A stretch of 64,000 nucleotides of DNA from Rebecca billardiae RCC1528 (lineage: Eukaryota; Protista; Haptophyta): assembly GCA_965240325.2 (NCBI GenBank), contig OZ251227.1, positions 310,001-374,000 of the forward strand. Direction: 5' to 3'. The translations under genes were made by a program, and so were the position numbers. Shown piece by piece: positions 1-11,516 of this stretch. The notes under the pieces were generated by a model, which had not been told where the DNA came from, did no database searches, and was given only the letters and a program-made list of their open reading frames with translations. Positions within the stretch are counted from its first letter, which is position 1. Every line of letters begins with the position of its first letter.

Positions 1-1081
1 GCGTGTGAACTCGCTCGCCTTCAACATCGCGCGCAACAAGCAGCTGCAGGCGTCCCTCTGCCGGCGAGACGTAGGGGCCGCCGAGCTGTGCGCGATGCGT
101 GCGGCCGATCTCGCGACGCCTGAAGAGCGTGCCGAGCGGGAGCGCTTGGCGCGCGAGAGCCTGCGCGCGAGCACGCGCAACGCTTGGAGTGAGATGCCGC
201 GCACGCGCCACCATCCCTGCCCGCGGTGCAGCTCCCGGAACGCGGTGGCGTACGAGCACGTGAGCGCGGTGCGCGACATCCGCAAGGCGGAGACGTGGGG
301 CGGGGGCAGCGCGACCGAGACGGAGCACGCCATCCGCTTCAACTGCGGCGGCTGCGGCCACGAGTGGCAGTCGGATCGGATTGAGATGGACGATGCCGAC
401 ACCGATGCCGAGGGCGAGGCAGCAGGGGGCGTTGAGCGCGAGCATCAGCCCGACGGCGGGCGGGCGCTCGGTGACTCTGGCGCCGGGCCGAGCGGTGGCG
501 CGCGCGCTGGTGCCGACACCGGCTCGGCCGCGCCGCCGGGCGCTGGGCGCGCAGCCTCGCAGCAGGTGGCCCACCTCGAGGCCGCGCTGCTGCAGGGGCT
601 GGGCGAGCACGGGCGGCGAGGCGCGCACGGTGGACCGCTCTCGGCGGAGAAGGCCGGGGCACTCGCGCGCGCCATCGTGAGCCACATGCCCGCGGACGCC
701 CGCCGAGCAGCACGCGTGCGCGCCATCGCCGCCAACGCGCGCCGCTCGCCCGCGCTGGCCGACGCCCTCGCGAGCGGGACGCTCTCTGTGCCCGAGCTGT
801 GCGAGATGGACGACCTGCGCTCGCTGCTGCCGGAGTCGGAGCGCGCCGCGCAGGACGCCGCGCGCGAGGCGGCCAAGCGCAGGGTGACGCTCGACCCCAC
901 GGCCGAGGCGGACGGTATGACGGACGAGCACGTGTGCAGCAAGTGCGGCGCGCGCAGCGCTGCTTACGCGCGCAGGCGTGTGGGCAACGTGCTCGCGTGG
1001 AAGGCGCAGGCTGCGGGCTCGTCGGCGGAGCGCGTCGTGCTCACCTGCCGGGGCTGCGGTCACGAGTGGCGTGCGGAGTAA
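1..1081 (+). CDS. TFIIS-like protein with two tandem helical central domain + C4 zinc-ribbon units; 5'-partial
   Basis: Two repeats: SLAFNI..N..L...ELC.M.A.DLA..E followed by CPRC...CGGCGHEW, and AIAAN....LA..L.SG....ELCEM followed by CSKC...CRGCGHEW. The reading frame is open at the window edge. The TFIIS SADEP hairpin is absent. Confidence 0.7.
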   Translation, partial: RVNSLAFNIARNKQLQASLCRRDVGAAELCAMRAADLATPEERAERERLARESLRASTRNAWSEMPRTRHHPCPRCSSRNAVAYEHVSAVRDIRKAETWGGGSATETEHAIRFNCGGCGHEWQSDRIEMDDADTDAEGEAAGGVEREHQPDGGRALGDSGAGPSGGARAGADTGSAAPPGAGRAASQQVAHLEAALLQGLGEHGRRGAHGGPLSAEKAGALARAIVSHMPADARRAARVRAIAANARRSPALADALASGTLSVPELCEMDDLRSLLPESERAAQDAAREAAKRRVTLDPTAEADGMTDEHVCSKCGARSAAYARRRVGNVLAWKAQAAGSSAERVVLTCRGCGHEWRAE

Positions 1082-1692
1082 GCCGATAGCCGCATCATTG
1101 GATCTTGAGTGCGGCAGACTCCGCTGTCCCGCCTGTCCGCACTCATTCCTCAGGCTCAGCGCACGCATCATGATCATTCGGTATGCGGCATGAGTGCCAT
1201 GACTCATGAGTCGTCGTCACTCGTCACACTACTTCTGAGACTCAGTCATTATATAGTAGTCGCATCATCACGTCAGCAGTATCAGTCGTGATATATAATC
1301 TAAATAACTCAGTATGTTAACTCAGTATGCCTGCGCCCCAGACTGAGAGTGAGTGCGTGAGACTCCCGCCCCAGATCCAGCAGTTGCGTCCGCCGGGAAT
1401 ACTAAGGGATGCACATACGGTATCACTTGAGACACTTATACTTATAGTGACTTATTGACAGTCATACGACATCATGCAGCGCGCATATTGCCGCCGCATA
1501 GTCTAGCTCCGATGGCGCCGTCTCAGCTCGTCGCGCCGCCGTTGGACGCCGTTGATCGCGCCCCAACGGTGGCAGCGCTAGCTGAGCAGCGCACATACCC
1601 CGTTAGCTCCGACGGGCAGCACGCCCCCGGGCGCAGGCGCAGGCAATGAGCCGAGGTTGCCTCTGCCGTGTGTCTCAGTGTCAGGACTCAGG

Positions 1693-2829
1693 TCAAGACC
1701 CGAGCAGCCCAGGCAGCGCATCGAGGAGCCCCCCGGGCTGGTAGCCGGCGTTCTGCACGAGCGCGGCCGCGCCCTGCATGAGCGGGTGGGACAGGTACGC
1801 CCCGACCACCGCGACGCTGATCACCGCGTACGGCAGGCGCACCCACTCCTTCCAGTAGTCCGCGGGCAGCTGCTGCCGGCCCTCCACGATGGCGCCAAAG
1901 GGCACCACGCTCGTGCGCTCCTTGATCGTCTCGAAGGCGGGGCCGTGCTTGTCGGCGAGGCGACGGTCACCATTCCACGCGGCGAAAGTGTGGTGCGCGA
2001 CGAGGAGCAGCATCGTCTCGAGCGTGAACGGAGTGCCCAACCACGCGAGGTGCGCTGCGGACCAGATGACCTGGCCTGTCAGCTGCGGGTGGCGGGTGAT
2101 GCGGATCACGCCCGTCTCCCAGAGGTGCAGCTGCGGCTTGTCCACCGCGGCGACCTCGAGCAGGTTGAACGTGGACGGGTACAGGAAGAAGAACGAGATG
2201 AACGACGCGATCCACACCGCCGCGTGCACCGCCGGGTCCCCATGCAGGTTCCACAGCAGCCCGCCGTCGTACCGGTGCGCGATGAAGTACATGATCCACG
2301 TCCACGCGAGCGGCAGCGAGGCGCAGGCGAAGATGACGCGCCACGTGCGCGCGCCGACGATCGGCTCGGCAGCCGGACGGAGCGACGCGAGGCCCGAGTG
2401 CACGAGCGGGAAGATCGTGCCGAGCGCGAGGTTGACGAGCAGGCTGTTGCCACCCGCCACGCCCTCGAGCACGTGCACAAAGTCGTCCGCATAGCCCGTG
2501 TCGGCGCGGATCCACAGGACGTACAGGGCGCCCAGCACGACAGATACGGCGGCGGCGAACGTCGTCCACGACCGTGCCGACTCCGCCGAGAGGGAGAAGC
2601 TGGCCGCGTCGTCGCCCACCAGACCGGCGGCGGCGGCGGACGATGGGGAGCTCTCAAGCAGCTGGTCGATGATGGTGCGCGGCGCCTCGGGCTCGGGCGG
2701 CGCATCGAGCCGGGCGAAGACCGCGCCGCGCAGCAGGCGCGGCGAGCCCGCGCGCAGCAAGGCGCGTGGCCGCGACACCGAGGCGCACGGAGCCGCCACC
2801 AGCGCGAGCGCAATCACGAGCACCCCCAT
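1693..2829 (-). CDS. Z-ISO: 15-cis-zeta-carotene isomerase (NnrU domain), plastid-targeted
   Basis: Motifs [42 protein letters not shown] and WNGDRRL. N-terminus has a hydrophobic signal peptide plus transit-like region. ATG at 2829. Confidence 0.93.
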   Translation of the reverse strand: MGVLVIALALVAAPCASVSRPRALLRAGSPRLLRGAVFARLDAPPEPEAPRTIIDQLLESSPSSAAAAGLVGDDAASFSLSAESARSWTTFAAAVSVVLGALYVLWIRADTGYADDFVHVLEGVAGGNSLLVNLALGTIFPLVHSGLASLRPAAEPIVGARTWRVIFACASLPLAWTWIMYFIAHRYDGGLLWNLHGDPAVHAAVWIASFISFFFLYPSTFNLLEVAAVDKPQLHLWETGVIRITRHPQLTGQVIWSAAHLAWLGTPFTLETMLLLVAHHTFAAWNGDRRLADKHGPAFETIKERTSVVPFGAIVEGRQQLPADYWKEWVRLPYAVISVAVVGAYLSHPLMQGAAALVQNAGYQPGGLLDALPGLLGS

Positions 2830-3002
2830 TTCTCCGCGGCCGTCGTGTCGGCGTGTCGTCGCTGGCTTCGGCCGGTTGAAGGTTATTTTGGCAGGACGCA
2901 CCTTGGTCCGGCCGCCCAAAGTGAGGAACCGGTGAGCCCTCCACCGCCCGGGCCAGGCGAGCAGTCAAAGACAATGGCCGCTTGACGACGGCAACGACAA
3001 CC

Positions 3003-3695
3003 ATGCGCTTCCAACGCCGGGTCGCCGATGCGGCGACGGCGCAGCTCGTCGCCGAGGCGTTCAAGCTGTACGACGAGGGCGAGAAGGGTGGGTTGACGCG
3101 ACACGAGCTCAAGTGCGCGATGGCATTTCTCACCGGTGCTCCACCCTCCCCGCTCGAGCTCGATGCACTCCTACCCAAGAGCCCGCCGGGGCAGCTCGAT
3201 GTCCCTGTGCTGCCCTTCGACGATTTCTCGCAGGCAATGCTGGAGCGGCTCTGTGCGGTGGACGAGGTGGATGAGATCCGATACGCCTTTCGCGCCTTTG
3301 ACACCACTTTCAAGGGCTACATCTCCTTTGATGACGTTGTCCGTGCATTTGCTCTCGCGGCACCGCACCTGCCGCAAGACAAGATTCGGATGGCTTTCGA
3401 CGAGATCGACACGGACCGCAACGGCAAGGTGAGCTGGGGTGATTTTGAGCGGATGATGCGCTATCGTGGCCACCTGGTCGACCAGACTGCGCCCGGCTCG
3501 CAGCCGCCATATGCTCGTCGAACGCAGCCCGCACCGGCTGGTGCCCGCAGAGCGCCTGCGTCCCTGCACGGCACAATGCAATTCGCCACGTCAGCGTTTG
3601 ACGAGCCTCGCGAGCTTGAGCGCGAGACCAGGCCGACTTACGCGCGCCACGCGGCGCACTCGATGGCATTCACCCCATCGTCTCATCGTTGGTGA
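3003..3695 (+). CDS. EF-hand calcium-binding protein (centrin/calmodulin-like, EFCAB11-like)
   Basis: EF-hand loops AFKLYDEGEKGGL, AFRAFDTTFKGYISFDD and FDEIDTDRNGKVSWGDF. Confidence 0.85.
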   Translation: MRFQRRVADAATAQLVAEAFKLYDEGEKGGLTRHELKCAMAFLTGAPPSPLELDALLPKSPPGQLDVPVLPFDDFSQAMLERLCAVDEVDEIRYAFRAFDTTFKGYISFDDVVRAFALAAPHLPQDKIRMAFDEIDTDRNGKVSWGDFERMMRYRGHLVDQTAPGSQPPYARRTQPAPAGARRAPASLHGTMQFATSAFDEPRELERETRPTYARHAAHSMAFTPSSHRW

Positions 3696-3902
3696 CGTAC
3701 GTGTTGACTCTGCCGCCAACAAGCCTGACTGGCGATAACGATTCGCCGATTGCGTGTTTCAATGCAGTGTGCCCACGCGCGGGTGTCTGGTCCCACCACT
3801 GGCACAGTACTTCTTCACCTGAGTCATCACTTTGGGCCTCATCCATCAGTCACCGATTCTTCCGATTCGACTCCAAGGCTAACCGCACCGGATATGGATA
3901 TA

Positions 3903-4038
3903 TATAGAGAGAGTCTAGAGAGACGGAGACTGGAGAGCCAGCGAGCCGCGACGCGGAGAGTCTGAGAGAGACTCAGCAGAGAGAGATCTCGAGAGAGAGA
4001 GTGAGAGTCAGAGAGAGACCATGAGAGAGTCGAGAGAG

Positions 4039-4069
<31 letters not shown>

Positions 4070-4078
4070 CGAGAGAGT
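3903..4078. repeat. Degenerate (GA)n microsatellite
   Basis: Interrupted gagagaga runs are directly visible. Confidence 0.85.
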
Positions 4079-5315
4079 CGGACTACGCGGCCCGATCCCG
4101 CCGATCGGCTGATCCCGCGGGCCGCGTCCGCGGTACGCCCCGGTCCCGGACCGCGCCGGCGGGCCCCGGCGGCCCCGGGCCCCGGCGGCCCCCGCGGGCC
4201 CGGATCCGCCGTGCGGTGCCCGATGCGGATGCCCGATCCCGCCGATCCGACGCATCCCGCGGACAGTTCCGCCGTCCACTACTCCACTGGCACTGGCATC
4301 ACCGTCAGTGACCGTGTCTAGGCAGTGTCTGGCGCCAGTGAGCTAGCCCAGTCCGATGATGATCGCAGTGCCATTATCACGTGATTCATTCATCATCACG
4401 ACTGCGTTTTTCGCGGACACGGATTCGCGGATTCGGAACGACGGAAGGAACGTACAGTTTTGGCAGTCAGCGCTACGCCGCCGACACGGTCACGGACGCA
4501 CTGGGTGGTTATCGAAACGGCAAGGCGATCCGCACGCCATAGGAATAAAGTACGAATAATGGCATATCCGAGTAAGTACTTCTCCACACATTCTTGTAGG
4601 TTGTCCTAGGCTGAAGGTTTGTATGCGAAAGTAAACGATTTTCCACGCATTCGAAGATTGGACGCCTCGCGCGCGAACAATGTCCCATTTGCAAATAGGG
4701 TAACTAGAGGAGGGGGGGGGGGTCCGCGGCATCACTCAATCAGGCAGGCATTATGATACATTATAAAAGTACGTGCATGTTGATTATTGTGCGTATAATT
4801 CTATGAGATTTTGAGCCGGTGCCGTGTGCAAGGCGTGTTACGACCGAGTCATGAGTTACGAGTGGCGTGTGAGACCAGTGTGCAGTTGAGTCACTGTGTC
4901 GACTGAGAGCCGTCCGGAATCGGGCAGGCCGACGCGGTTCGGATTCCGTCGGTTCGGACGACACGGTCACTAGTGAGTCCGAGTCGGCGGCGGGTCTGAC
5001 TTAGTAGGCCGTTAAGATAAGCTACTACACTTACAGTATAGCAGACTTCTATACACGCTTATTACACTTTACAGTCACGCGGCACCGGCCGTCCGCTTGA
5101 CGAGTCAACCTTCGGGCCTTGCGCAGGCTCCGCGCGGGGTCGGCGGCGGGGGTCGCCAGGCCGAGGGGAGTCGTCGACTCGTCGAGGCCGGGCAAGTCGG
5201 CGCGAATTAGTGTAGCTGTGCAGAACTCGGCATCGGAGCGCAACAAACAATATGCTTAAGGAACGTATAGTTACACTTAAAGGCTTCACTTTGACACTTG
5301 ACACTTTCAGGCGCT

Positions 5316-6320
5316 TCAACGACACCGGCCACCCGCTGCGGCGCCCATGTGCTGCGCAAGCGCCATGGCGACTCCAGCGATCGCCGCCCCGGCCGCGAAG
5401 TAGGCACCGGCCGAGCACACGTTCGGCCAGCGCGCGCGCGTGGCGGACGCAGCAGCACGACACCTGCCGAGCGCCGAGACTGACGGCACGAGCACCCGCC
5501 CCAGCAGGAACTTGCTCAGCGGCCGGTCGTTAGACAGCGAATCGCGCCTACGCCAGCGCACGCCGAGCTCGCCGACCTCGTACGCGCGCACTGGCCGGAC
5601 GAGGCGGACGTGACGGGTGCGGCCACCGGACGAGTTGGCGTGATCGAACACCGGGTGCGCGCCAAGTCGGCGGTAGAAGCTCAGCAGGCGCGTCTCGCGC
5701 GTGAGCACGGTCCCGGAGATCGACTTGAGCCCGAGCTCACACGCGAGGTCCTGCACCTCATAGAGGAGGCATGTCGCGATGCCTCGCCGCCGCTCGCTAG
5801 GCCGCGTGCACAGGTTCGCCACGTACAATGAGTTGCCGTACGGCGTGCACACGGCGAGCGAAACGAGCTGGTGCTTCTCCGCCTTGCCCGTCTGGCGCGA
5901 GACGAGCATGAAGATGCAGTCGCACACGTCGTGGAATCCCACGAGGGCGTCGAGGACCTGCTCTTCGTCGATGTCTGACATGTCAACGTCATCGAAGCTC
6001 GCACGCACGAGCTCGGCGATCGCGTCTCTCCACGGCTCAGCCCGATGGTGATCCAGAGTGCGCACGATGAGCTCCGATGAAAAGCGCTTCCGAGAAGTCC
6101 ACGACGGCAGCTTTGGAGAGTCGACGCTCACGCCCTCAATTATCGGGAAGATGAAGCCCTTGTCGTGAATCTCGCCGGAGGTACATCGCGAGCGCGACAT
6201 CGGCGCGGGTGCCGGCGCGCCCGCGGCCGACACCATACCGGAGGGTGGAGCACACATCGTATTGCCACGCTGAGGCGCCCGTGCGTGCCTCTTCACCAAG
6301 AGCGTTGGAATCTTGCGCAT
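5316..6320 (-). CDS. GNAT-family N-acetyltransferase (start and C-terminus uncertain)
   Basis: Motif A LYVANLCTRPSERRRGIATCLL and C-terminal motif LLSFYRRLG. Confidence 0.75.
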   Translation of the reverse strand: MRKIPTLLVKRHARAPQRGNTMCAPPSGMVSAAGAPAPAPMSRSRCTSGEIHDKGFIFPIIEGVSVDSPKLPSWTSRKRFSSELIVRTLDHHRAEPWRDAIAELVRASFDDVDMSDIDEEQVLDALVGFHDVCDCIFMLVSRQTGKAEKHQLVSLAVCTPYGNSLYVANLCTRPSERRRGIATCLLYEVQDLACELGLKSISGTVLTRETRLLSFYRRLGAHPVFDHANSSGGRTRHVRLVRPVRAYEVGELGVRWRRRDSLSNDRPLSKFLLGRVLVPSVSALGRCRAAASATRARWPNVCSAGAYFAAGAAIAGVAMALAQHMGAAAGGRCR

Positions 6321-6523
6321 CGTTTCACCCTGAGATACGGCCTGTCTGCGACGACACCCGGGACGGTCCAATCAAGGTCCTTGCTCCAGCCGCGTCACTT
6401 CTTGGGACGGGGGGTACGGGTGTGCAAGTTGCGAATAAGGTGTGCTTTTTACTCGCCGGTAATATCAGGCTCCCGTGACATAGCAAGCACCCTCGTGATT
6501 CAGGCTTTGATTAATATTATCAT

Positions 6524-7390
6524 ATGACGAGGTTCGCCACGTTTGTCGTAAGATTGCTACTTGGTCGTAATTATGAATCGGCGACTCGGCTCGGCGGTCC
6601 CTTTCTCCCAGCATGGCCACGTAGACCGAGGATGCCCAGCGTCGCCACGAACACCGAGCCCGAGGGGACTTTCCCCGGCGAGCTGCGCTTCTCCGACCGC
6701 GCACTGTGTGACGGATCGAAGCGCACCGCCGCGGATGGCCTCTCGCGCTGGTGGACCATCACGCTTGCGGATGGCACGCGGCTGACGCACTCCATCGCCA
6801 GGACGGCCACGCAGGAGGCTGGCCCTGCTTCTCCACAGGGAAAAACCGCCGGCCCCCGCCGGCGGCGCAAGGGAGGTCGTGGCGTGCCTCCTACTGCTCC
6901 CCCGCGGACCGCCCAGCACGCAGCGCGCACGCCGGCCTCGCCGGTGCGCCCGCCCGCCGCGCAGGGCTCGGACGCTGAGGCGCTGCAGGCGAACGACGAG
7001 CAGCAGCACTCTCAGAAGCGGAAGAAGAAGCCCCGGCGTGGGAAGCGCGGGCAACGGCGCGACGCCGAGGGCCGACGGATTCGTTCTCCATCGAGCCGTC
7101 GCTCCTCGACGCGCCGCGCCGTCAAGGAACGCCAGGCGCGCAAGGCGGCGCGCCTGGCACCGACCGCTGCACCCACGCCAGTCCCTGCTGCCCCGCTCCA
7201 CGAGGACCGAGACTCGCCCCCGGGCGACGACTTGGACGACGAGGAGCTGCCGCAGCAGCGGACGAAGCGCACCCTGGACGACGCCGCAGCGCCAGCCGCC
7301 GCCAGCCAGCCAGCTGGCTCGAGCGGCAAGCGCGTACGCGACCGCCCGGGGAGCACGGGGCAGGTACGACCAGCTGCTACCAGCGGCTGA
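6524..7390 (+). CDS. Hypothetical basic low-complexity protein, possibly transposon-derived
   Basis: 288-codon ORF with K/R-rich NLS-like tracts and an acidic patch. No recognisable domain. Confidence 0.3.
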   Translation: MTRFATFVVRLLLGRNYESATRLGGPFLPAWPRRPRMPSVATNTEPEGTFPGELRFSDRALCDGSKRTAADGLSRWWTITLADGTRLTHSIARTATQEAGPASPQGKTAGPRRRRKGGRGVPPTAPPRTAQHAARTPASPVRPPAAQGSDAEALQANDEQQHSQKRKKKPRRGKRGQRRDAEGRRIRSPSSRRSSTRRAVKERQARKAARLAPTAAPTPVPAAPLHEDRDSPPGDDLDDEELPQQRTKRTLDDAAAPAAASQPAGSSGKRVRDRPGSTGQVRPAATSG

Positions 7391-7744
7391 GACTGCCAGC
7401 TGACATCCGGACCTGCACCATCGCCCTCGCTCGGGGCACAGCAGGGCCATGCGAGCCGCGCAGCGCAGGTGGATCGCGCTCCAGCAGCTCAAGGCCGCGC
7501 TCAAGCTTTACGATCGCGGTGCAGGCTATGCTCTGCCACCAACGCCGACTTCGTGTCGACGATCGGGCACTGCCGCCGACGAATCAGGAGACCCGCGTCG
7601 TCCTACCTGTGTCGTTAAATCATAGAATGGGTCAACAACCTCACCAGCACGGCCACGGTCAGGTCATCAGTGAATAGTGATCAGTGAGTCTCATGCGTGT
7701 CACAGTTCCTCCACGCCGTTCAGTCTTCAGAGTGCGCACTCGCC

Positions 7745-8644
7745 TCAAAGCCCGGCCAGCAGGTCGGCCACCGCGCGCACGAATTGGCGCCGCGCCGCGC
7801 CGTCGCGCGGCTCCGCGAGGCTGTGCGATGCGCCCTCGAGGGGGAGAACGACGGCGCCGCGGCCGGCGGCGCGCGCGATGCGCTCGGCGAGCGCGCCCTT
7901 GTCCACGTGCGCCGGCACGTACTCGTCGGCCATGGAGAAAGCGACAAGCGTGGGTTTCGGATCCAGGTGCCCCAGCCGCTCGCGCAGCTGCTCGTCCGTC
8001 AGGTACGACGAGAAAAAGTCGTCGGGCTGCAGCCCGTCTGTCTCGTACAGGCTGAGGTACCGCTCGGCTGTGATCGGCACGTAGTGCGCGTCCATGGGCA
8101 TGAGCTCGGTGGCGGGGCTCGCGACGGCGCGCGCGTGGGTCAGCCAGCGCGCAGTGCCCTCCTCCATGCCACCGCTCTCCTGATCGCTCACGGGCGCCTG
8201 GAGCACCACCGCCGCGAGCCGCGAGACCGCCTCGGGAGTGCCGCGCCGCGCAAACGTGCATGCGATCTGGCACCCCGTCGAGTGACCGCAGACGACGACG
8301 CGCTCGCAGCCCCGAGACTCGACCATGTCGGTCACGAGCGCCGAGAGCTCCTCCGCGTCGCGTGCCAGCGTCCCCGTGCCGTACCCGGCGTACGACGAGG
8401 AGAGGACCGGCTGAACGAGCGCCCAGCCGAGCTCGTGGGCGGCATGGCTCAGCGGAACGACCCACTCGCAGGGCATGAGCCCATCGGTGAGCCCGCCGAG
8501 CACGATGAGCTTGTTGGTAGAGCCGACTGCTGCGCTCTCGAACGCCACCTTGTTCATGCCCCACTGGTACATCACCCCCGCGAGCGCGCGGGAGCGCAAA
8601 TCGGGCGTCATCGCCGCCGCCGCCATCATCGCTGGAAGCCACAT
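7745..8644 (-). CDS. Alpha/beta hydrolase, DUF1749/UPF0613 family
   Basis: Motifs GGLTDGL, nucleophile elbow GHSTGCQ, LQAPVSD, DDFFSS, DEYVP and GASHSL. Confidence 0.9.
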   Translation of the reverse strand: MWLPAMMAAAAMTPDLRSRALAGVMYQWGMNKVAFESAAVGSTNKLIVLGGLTDGLMPCEWVVPLSHAAHELGWALVQPVLSSSYAGYGTGTLARDAEELSALVTDMVESRGCERVVVCGHSTGCQIACTFARRGTPEAVSRLAAVVLQAPVSDQESGGMEEGTARWLTHARAVASPATELMPMDAHYVPITAERYLSLYETDGLQPDDFFSSYLTDEQLRERLGHLDPKPTLVAFSMADEYVPAHVDKGALAERIARAAGRGAVVLPLEGASHSLAEPRDGAARRQFVRAVADLLAGL

Positions 8645-8914
8645 TTTCGAGGGGCTGGCGAAAATATCGAAATTAGCTGTACGTAAGCTGTAGTACGGAC
8701 TACGCCCGCTGTCTACGGTGACGACAGCAGACGCAGTGAACGCAGTCGACAGATCTACAACTGTGTTGAACTCAGCTGACAGCTAGATCGATCGAATCAT
8801 GTAGATCTATGTTACTGACCCAACGGTCAGCTAGTCAGCTCGGCCTCGGCGCGGAGCCACGCGCGCGACTCATCAGCGGCCCTGTCGGTGTTAGTGTAGC
8901 GCGCGTGTGCAACT

Positions 8915-11386
8915 TCAGGGTGCGCCAGAGTGGTGACGCCGACTCGGGCGGCTGGCGAGTCGCGGCCGAGACTTCTTCTTGCTCTTCCCGCCGGCCACCG
9001 GCACCGCCACTCCTGCGCGCTTCTTCCCGCCGGCCGCCGCCACGCCTGCGCGCTCGACATGGCGGCGCCCGGAGCCGCCGACGAGCGCAAAGGCGTACAG
9101 GCGCGCACCCCTGCACAGCGTGAACTCGAGCCGCACGCGCGCGCCGGCCAGCGCGGAGAGCTCGGGCTCCGAGCCGCCGCGCCGCCGCCAGCGCACGCGC
9201 ACGCTTGTGCCATTCACGCCGGCGAGAGGCACGGAGTCAAGCCCGTCGCGCGCGGCTGAGTCCTGCGCGCGCGCAGCCGCGCTCGGGCCACTCGCGCGCG
9301 TGCCCTGCTCGCCCGCGCGCTCGAGCTTCGCGTACACGCTCGCCTTGCGCGCCGCCGCGTCCACGTTCAGCTCGAGCCCCGTGGCGCCGGCGGGCAGCGC
9401 GAAGGGGCGCGTGCGCAGCTGGCCACACGAGGCGCGGGCGGCGCACGCGGGCGTCTCCGCGTCGTGCGCGAGCCCGGCGATCCGGTGCCGCCGCCAGCGC
9501 GCGAGCAGCAGCGTGGCGTTCCTGTGGAAGCGGCGCTCGTGGTGCACATCTCTGCCCTCGTAGTAGAGCCAGTGCTCGGCGTGCGAGCCGGACGGGGGCG
9601 CGTTCGAGTCGGGCGCGGACGCGCCGGGGAGCGCGCGGCCGTCGTCGTCGTCCACGACGACGTCGAGCAGCTCGGACGCGGGCTGGATGTACCCGTGGTC
9701 CGCCTCGCACCAGCTCGCGCCCAGCGCGCCCGGCTCGCAGCCGCCGCGCGGGATGAGCAGCCGCCCCGCGTACACCCACTCGAGCCCGAACGAGCTGCCG
9801 TCGCGCGAGGGCAGCAGGTACGGCGCGACGTAGTCGAAGTTGAAGGGCGGCTTGGGGCGCGGGCGCTCTGTGCTGCGCAGCTTGGGCCAGTGCAGCACGG
9901 AGAGCACCCCGAGCTGCAGCGCGCCCGCGCCGCCCTCGCCGCTGCCCCACGAGCGCGGCGCCGTCGCCACCGAGAGCGCGTACGGCTGCCGCTGCAGCAG
10001 CTCGGCCTTGCCCAGCCGGTCAAGGTACCACGGCGCGCGCGCGCTCGCCCAGCCGTGCGCGCTCAGCTCGGGCAGCGGGTTCTCGAGCGTGTGCACGGCG
10101 CGCACGGCGCGCCAGCCGTGGTGCCGAACCAGCGCGGGGTGCCGACGCCCCTTCCGCGAGATCGAGTACGCGCCGCGCTTGCTCAGCCGGTACGCGGCCG
10201 CGCCCGCGTCCCAGCGCACGCAGTTGTTGGCGTCCGCGCACCAGCGGCAGAGCGGCCCACAGCACGCGTCCAGCTGCTCGCACGTCTCGTTCTGCCGGAG
10301 CGCGGTGATCCGGCGGTCGGCGGGCCACGAGCGCGCGCCCGCCGGCGCGAAGATTCGCCCGCGCTCGCCGTCCATCGACTCGCCCACGCACGTCGACTCG
10401 CCCACGCGCTTGTTGCCGCACGAATACCCGAGCAGCAGCCGCCGCGCCGGCCGGCCGGCGGCGACCGCGGCCGTGACGTCGGCCGAGCTGCGCGGCCGCA
10501 GGTCGCGGGTGACGCACACGTTGTCGAAGTGCTCCTGCGCGCGAGCGCCGGTGAGCATGGGCAGCGGCACGGGCGGGAGCCACGTCAGCCCGTCCTCCGA
10601 CTCCGAGAGCCACGTGTTCCGCTCGCCCAGCCACAGCATGAACGTGCCGCCGCCCGCCTCGCCGTCCGCGCCGTCGCCGCCGCGGCGCAGCACAGAGCCG
10701 TACATGCCGAAGCGGTGCTTGCTGGTCCAGTGCGCCTGGTCCAGGAAGAGGCAGTCGCCGGGGCACGCGAGCCCACTCAGCCGCGTCTTCACCGGCGCCT
10801 CGAGCACGCGGCCGATGCAGCGCCACGCGTCGATCGGCGCGTCGTCCAACAGCGGCACCGGCACGCCGAGCGCGGGCGCAAACGGCGCGCGCACGAGCGA
10901 CGCGCGGTACTCGCCCTCGAAGCAGGAGGTGCAGTTGACCTCGAAGTGCGTGTAGTCGTCGCGGAAGCCGCCCGGACGCGGCCACGGGTCGCGCTTCATC
11001 GGATAGATGCCGCGCAGCACGTCGAAGCGCAGCATCTCGTCCAGCTCCAGCTGCGCCCGGGACGGCCGCGGGAGCGCCGGCGGCCGCCCCTCGCGGATCG
11101 GCACCCATTCGGCCGCGTCGGCGGGGGCGCGGCCCGCGTCCGCCTCGGCGGGCGCGGACAGCGCGAAGGCCAAGTCCTGCTGGAAGGGGTTGAGCACGCC
11201 GCTGCCCTTCTTCTTGAGCAGGAAGCGCATCTGCAGGAAATGCTGGCGGTTCCACGTCGACCAAGGCCACGGCGCGCTGCTGTTGGTGCTGTTGGCCTCC
11301 TCGAGGGCGCGCCGGCGCGCCGGCGTGATGGGCGCTCCGGGCACGAACGTGCGCGCAGCGAGGAGGACCAGCCATCCCACGCGCAT
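8915..11386 (-). CDS. Secreted glycoside-hydrolase-like beta-propeller protein with C-terminal beta-sandwich
   Basis: Signal peptide. Asp-box-like motifs SESEDGLTW and SRDGSSF, and WLYYEG. The C-terminus GQLRTRPF...LELNVDA...RLEFTL...RLYAF resembles bacterial GH32/43-like hypothetical proteins. Confidence 0.6.
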   Translation of the reverse strand: MRVGWLVLLAARTFVPGAPITPARRRALEEANSTNSSAPWPWSTWNRQHFLQMRFLLKKKGSGVLNPFQQDLAFALSAPAEADAGRAPADAAEWVPIREGRPPALPRPSRAQLELDEMLRFDVLRGIYPMKRDPWPRPGGFRDDYTHFEVNCTSCFEGEYRASLVRAPFAPALGVPVPLLDDAPIDAWRCIGRVLEAPVKTRLSGLACPGDCLFLDQAHWTSKHRFGMYGSVLRRGGDGADGEAGGGTFMLWLGERNTWLSESEDGLTWLPPVPLPMLTGARAQEHFDNVCVTRDLRPRSSADVTAAVAAGRPARRLLLGYSCGNKRVGESTCVGESMDGERGRIFAPAGARSWPADRRITALRQNETCEQLDACCGPLCRWCADANNCVRWDAGAAAYRLSKRGAYSISRKGRRHPALVRHHGWRAVRAVHTLENPLPELSAHGWASARAPWYLDRLGKAELLQRQPYALSVATAPRSWGSGEGGAGALQLGVLSVLHWPKLRSTERPRPKPPFNFDYVAPYLLPSRDGSSFGLEWVYAGRLLIPRGGCEPGALGASWCEADHGYIQPASELLDVVVDDDDGRALPGASAPDSNAPPSGSHAEHWLYYEGRDVHHERRFHRNATLLLARWRRHRIAGLAHDAETPACAARASCGQLRTRPFALPAGATGLELNVDAAARKASVYAKLERAGEQGTRASGPSAAARAQDSAARDGLDSVPLAGVNGTSVRVRWRRRGGSEPELSALAGARVRLEFTLCRGARLYAFALVGGSGRRHVERAGVAAAGGKKRAGVAVPVAGGKSKKKSRPRLASRPSRRHHSGAP

Positions 11387-11516
11387 ACTGGTACGCGCCT
11401 TGGGGCCGATCCGTCACGCTCCGCTTGCGGGCGGGGTCGTCGCCATCGTGCCCAGCAGTGAACCAGTGATCGGCAGTGAACCTTGCTGGATCCTTGCGCC
11501 TTGGCGACCAACGGCG

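Noticed and set aside
6524-7620. Basic ORF region ending in gtcgttaaat, similar to the CRE 3' terminus
   Set aside because: The match is only ~7-10 nt, too short to assign to the retroelement family.
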